This document shows positions 37,401 to 40,000 of a stretch of DNA of 40,000 nt, piece after piece. Source of the DNA: an uncultured Planctomycetota bacterium (GTDB taxonomy: Bacteria > Planctomycetota > Planctomycetia > Pirellulales > Lacipirellulaceae); assembly GCA_963807935.1 (NCBI GenBank), contig CAWEDY010000004.1, positions 76,522-116,521 on the forward strand. Reading direction: 5' to 3'. Position numbers and translations under genes: made by a program. Under the pieces are notes generated by a model that saw only the letters and a list, made by a program, of their open reading frames with translations, made no database searches and was not told the DNA's origin. Every line of letters starts with the position of its first letter. Position 1 is the first letter of the stretch.

Positions 37401-37999
37401 GAGATTCGCAATGGGCAAGCGCCGCGGAGCTGCTCAACGAGCCGACCGTCGTCGATCGCCTGAAATCCTCCGGTCTTCCCGATGTAGACAAGCAAACTCG
37501 CGAACTGACGGCCGGTCTTTCGCCGGTCGATAATCGCATCGCGAAGCTGATCGCCACGCGGCGTGCCGGTTTTCTGGCCGGTAACTACAGTGCCGAAATC
37601 GGGCGCGGCGTTTTCGCCAAAAGCGTCTGCGCCAACTGTCATCGAATTGGCGACGTCGGGAAAACGATTGGCCCTGCGCTGGATGGCATCGGCAATCGCG
37701 GTCTCGATCGGCTTCTCGAAGACACGCTCGACCCGAGTCGAAACGTCGACGTCGCATTCCGGACGTACACGATCGAAACCGATGCTGGACAGGTCCTTAG
37801 TGGCTTCGGTCTTCGCGAAGAGGGAGCAACCCTGGTCTATAACGACACCAACGGCCAGTCGGCCCGCGTGCCGCTGGCAGAAGTGGCGAGCCGCACGCAG
37901 TCGACACTTTCGCCGATGCCCGGCAATATCATTGAACAGATGCCGGCGAGTGACTATTACTCGCTGTTGGCGTATTTGCTAAGCCTGAAGAACAAGTAG
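34466..37999 (+). pseudogene. PVC-type heme-binding CxxCH protein (dehydrogenase-like N-terminal domain, HEAT repeats, C-terminal cytochrome c) with two compensating frameshifts
   Basis: Signal peptide MRCFIILQLVLSVAAFASSARA. F.LPPGFEI.L.A.EP..HKP..M.FD..GRLWV; HEAT-like repeats (D.FVRRAAAEAL). C-terminal CANCH heme motif at about 37630. Frame 2 changes to frame 0 near 36848-36856 and returns to frame 2 near 37421-37427. Confidence 0.8.
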
Positions 38000-38028
38000 C
38001 GATCCATGCGGCCGTGCGGCGCTATCGT

Positions 38029-39741
38029 TCAGCGGGAATGCGTCACGGTTGGGTGCGGATCGCGGTTGCCAGGCGGCGCCGTGCGTTCCGACGCGTAGTC
38101 GGTCACGCCAACCGCTGGCCGGTTTTTGTCCGACGGATCGATTTGGACCGCCGATAGGAACGACGGCCTCGGTGGTTTAATAATGTAGCCAACTTGCTGC
38201 AAATACTTGATCTCGGCCGCCGGTCGGCCAGGTTCGGCGTAAAGCTCCAAGCCGCCTTCAGTGTGCAGGCGCGGTTCGGTTGCCGCTTCCTGAAGGCTGC
38301 TGCCATCGGCGATTAGTGTTAAGAGGACTTCGAACACGGCATTCGGGATGCGGCGGCCGCCCACCGCACCGATTGCCAATGCCGGCTTGCCGCCCTTGAG
38401 CACAATGGAGGGGCACATGTTGTCGAGCGGTCGCTTGCCCGCGGCGATCGAGTTGAGCTTGCCCGGGGCCGGCTCGAACCGCGACATGCCGTGACCCAAC
38501 ACGAGTCCTAGTCCGTCCACGGTCACTTGCGCGCCGAACGCGTCGCCATGGGTGAGCGTCATGGCGACCGCCATGCCCTTTGCATCGACGACCGACAGGT
38601 TCACGGTGCCGCTGGCCGTGCTGCCGCCGGTCGTGACGGGCACGGGCCGCTTTTCGGCAATCGCCGTTCGGACTTTTTGGGCCGATTCGAGCGCGTACTT
38701 TTCGGACAACAATCGTTTGACCGGAACGTCCACGAATCGCGGATCGCCAAAAAGGCGCAGCCGATCGCCCCAGGCGATGCGCAGCGCTTCGAGCCAGGCG
38801 TGCGTTCGCGTGGGGCTATCCTTCGGCAGCCGATTCCAATCGGGCCCAAGAGCTTTTAGGTCGGCGATGGTTTGCAGAATGGTGAGGCCGCCCGCGGTGA
38901 GCGGCGCGGTGGCGATCGTGTGACCCCGCCACTCCATCGTCAACGGGTCAAGCTCGAGTGCGCGGTACGATGCCATATCTTCGGCCGTGACGAGGCCGCC
39001 GTTTTTCTTGAACGCGTCGGCAATCTGCCGGGCGATCGCGCCGCGGTAAAAATCCCAGACCGAACCTTTCTCGGCAAGCTTCTGCAGCAAGTCGGCCAGA
39101 TCCGGATTGCGGAATGTGTCGCCCTTAGCGAGCGGCTTGCCGTTGCGAAAGAAGAGGCGGGCCGAGCCGGGATCGCGCCGCAGATTGGCTGCCGAAGGAT
39201 CGAGCCAGAATTTGAACGTGGCGTCGAGCGGAAAACCATGGCGCGCATAGCGAATTGCCGGCCGCACCACGCGAGCGAACGGCTGCGTGCCGTACTTGTC
39301 GAGCGCCAGTTGCAGGCCGGCCAGTGTGCCCGGTACGCCAGTCGCGAGCCACCCGTGCACGTTCACATTGCCCTTGACGCGACCTTTTTCATCGAGCGGA
39401 AACATATCGGCCCGCGCGGCGGCGGGTGCTTCCGAATTGAAGTCGATAGAGGCGAGCTTGCCGCTGGGCAGGCCGATCGTCATGTGCCCGCCATAGCCCC
39501 CGACCCCGCACTTGGGCACGGCCACCACCCCCGCCACGAGTGCGGCCGCCACGATCGCATCGATTGCATTGCCGCCATCCGCCAACACGGCCATACCCGC
39601 GTCGGCTGCTTCCGGATGACCGACCACGAGGCCATGACCGCCGGAAGCTTCTCCGGCCTGGATAATCCGACTTGCTGCCAAGCTGGTTAGCGCGCCGCCG
39701 GTAATTCCCAAGAAGGAGCGTCGATCGAATCGTCTTGTCAT
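38029..39741 (-). CDS. ggt: Gamma-glutamyltransferase with a twin-arginine signal peptide
   Basis: MTRRFDRRSFLGITGGA (Tat motif). GGNAIDA..A, the autoprocessing region GTVNLSVVDAKGMAVAMT.T, and GGRRIPNAV. ATG 39741 is chosen over the track start 39981. Confidence 0.9.
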   Translation of the reverse strand: MTRRFDRRSFLGITGGALTSLAASRIIQAGEASGGHGLVVGHPEAADAGMAVLADGGNAIDAIVAAALVAGVVAVPKCGVGGYGGHMTIGLPSGKLASIDFNSEAPAAARADMFPLDEKGRVKGNVNVHGWLATGVPGTLAGLQLALDKYGTQPFARVVRPAIRYARHGFPLDATFKFWLDPSAANLRRDPGSARLFFRNGKPLAKGDTFRNPDLADLLQKLAEKGSVWDFYRGAIARQIADAFKKNGGLVTAEDMASYRALELDPLTMEWRGHTIATAPLTAGGLTILQTIADLKALGPDWNRLPKDSPTRTHAWLEALRIAWGDRLRLFGDPRFVDVPVKRLLSEKYALESAQKVRTAIAEKRPVPVTTGGSTASGTVNLSVVDAKGMAVAMTLTHGDAFGAQVTVDGLGLVLGHGMSRFEPAPGKLNSIAAGKRPLDNMCPSIVLKGGKPALAIGAVGGRRIPNAVFEVLLTLIADGSSLQEAATEPRLHTEGGLELYAEPGRPAAEIKYLQQVGYIIKPPRPSFLSAVQIDPSDKNRPAVGVTDYASERTAPPGNRDPHPTVTHSR

Positions 39742-40000
39742 AGTTTGTCGGAGCGAAAGGGAATCGGGCAAATTGCGGGTGTCACCGACCGATTGTAAGC
39801 ATGTGGAAGCACGCGGTCGAGCATCGCACAAATCTGACGTGGCGCAAGGGTACTCGCTACCAGGTATCCGCCGGTCAGAGCGCATTCTGCTCGTGCACCG
39901 GCACCTTACGAAGCATGAGCAACTCGCCTGGCTCGACTTGAGCCTGCTGATGCTGCTGCGGTGATGCCAGGGAAAAGCCAAGACGCTCCAGTAGCCGCAG

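Overview
GC-rich, gene-dense chromosomal window, almost entirely housekeeping. It most likely comes from a Planctomycetota (Pirellulales-like) genome. The lineage markers are a DUF1559 prepilin-like protein, a PVC-type CxxCH heme-binding protein and an H4MPT cyclohydrolase (mch). Gene content in order: tRNA-Gly(GCC), tig-clpP-clpP, a split lipoprotein, an oleC/oleD-like pair, aspS, a Cys-less thioredoxin-fold lipoprotein, hom / apgM-like gene / 4-ACT lysC, a DUF151 nuclease, two small membrane ORFs, valS, cimA, DUF1559, mch, gap, mtaB, clpS, an M20 dipeptidase, serS, hisG, hisE, miaA, an orphan sdhB-like gene, the PVC heme-binding protein, and ggt. I see no transposase, integrase, CRISPR array, rRNA or recognisable defence or toxin system. 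The observations most worth follow-up are: (1) a candidate Ile/Val leader-peptide attenuator with promoter, 28-codon ORF, antiterminator and canonical terminator directly upstream of citramalate synthase; (2) two families of heptanucleotide tandem arrays (GGATGCR and CCTTACG) at gene ends, one copy sitting in frame inside valS; (3) three partial copies of the tRNA-Gly anticodon arm just upstream of the tRNA; (4) an oleC-oleD pair with no oleA/oleB nearby; (5) an apgM-like gene between hom and lysC. At least seven single-nucleotide frame disruptions hit otherwise intact genes (cimA, miaA x2, PVC protein x2, a lipoprotein, a hypothetical). That density suggests assembly indel errors rather than real pseudogenes. 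All homology calls come from motif recognition by eye; no searches were run.
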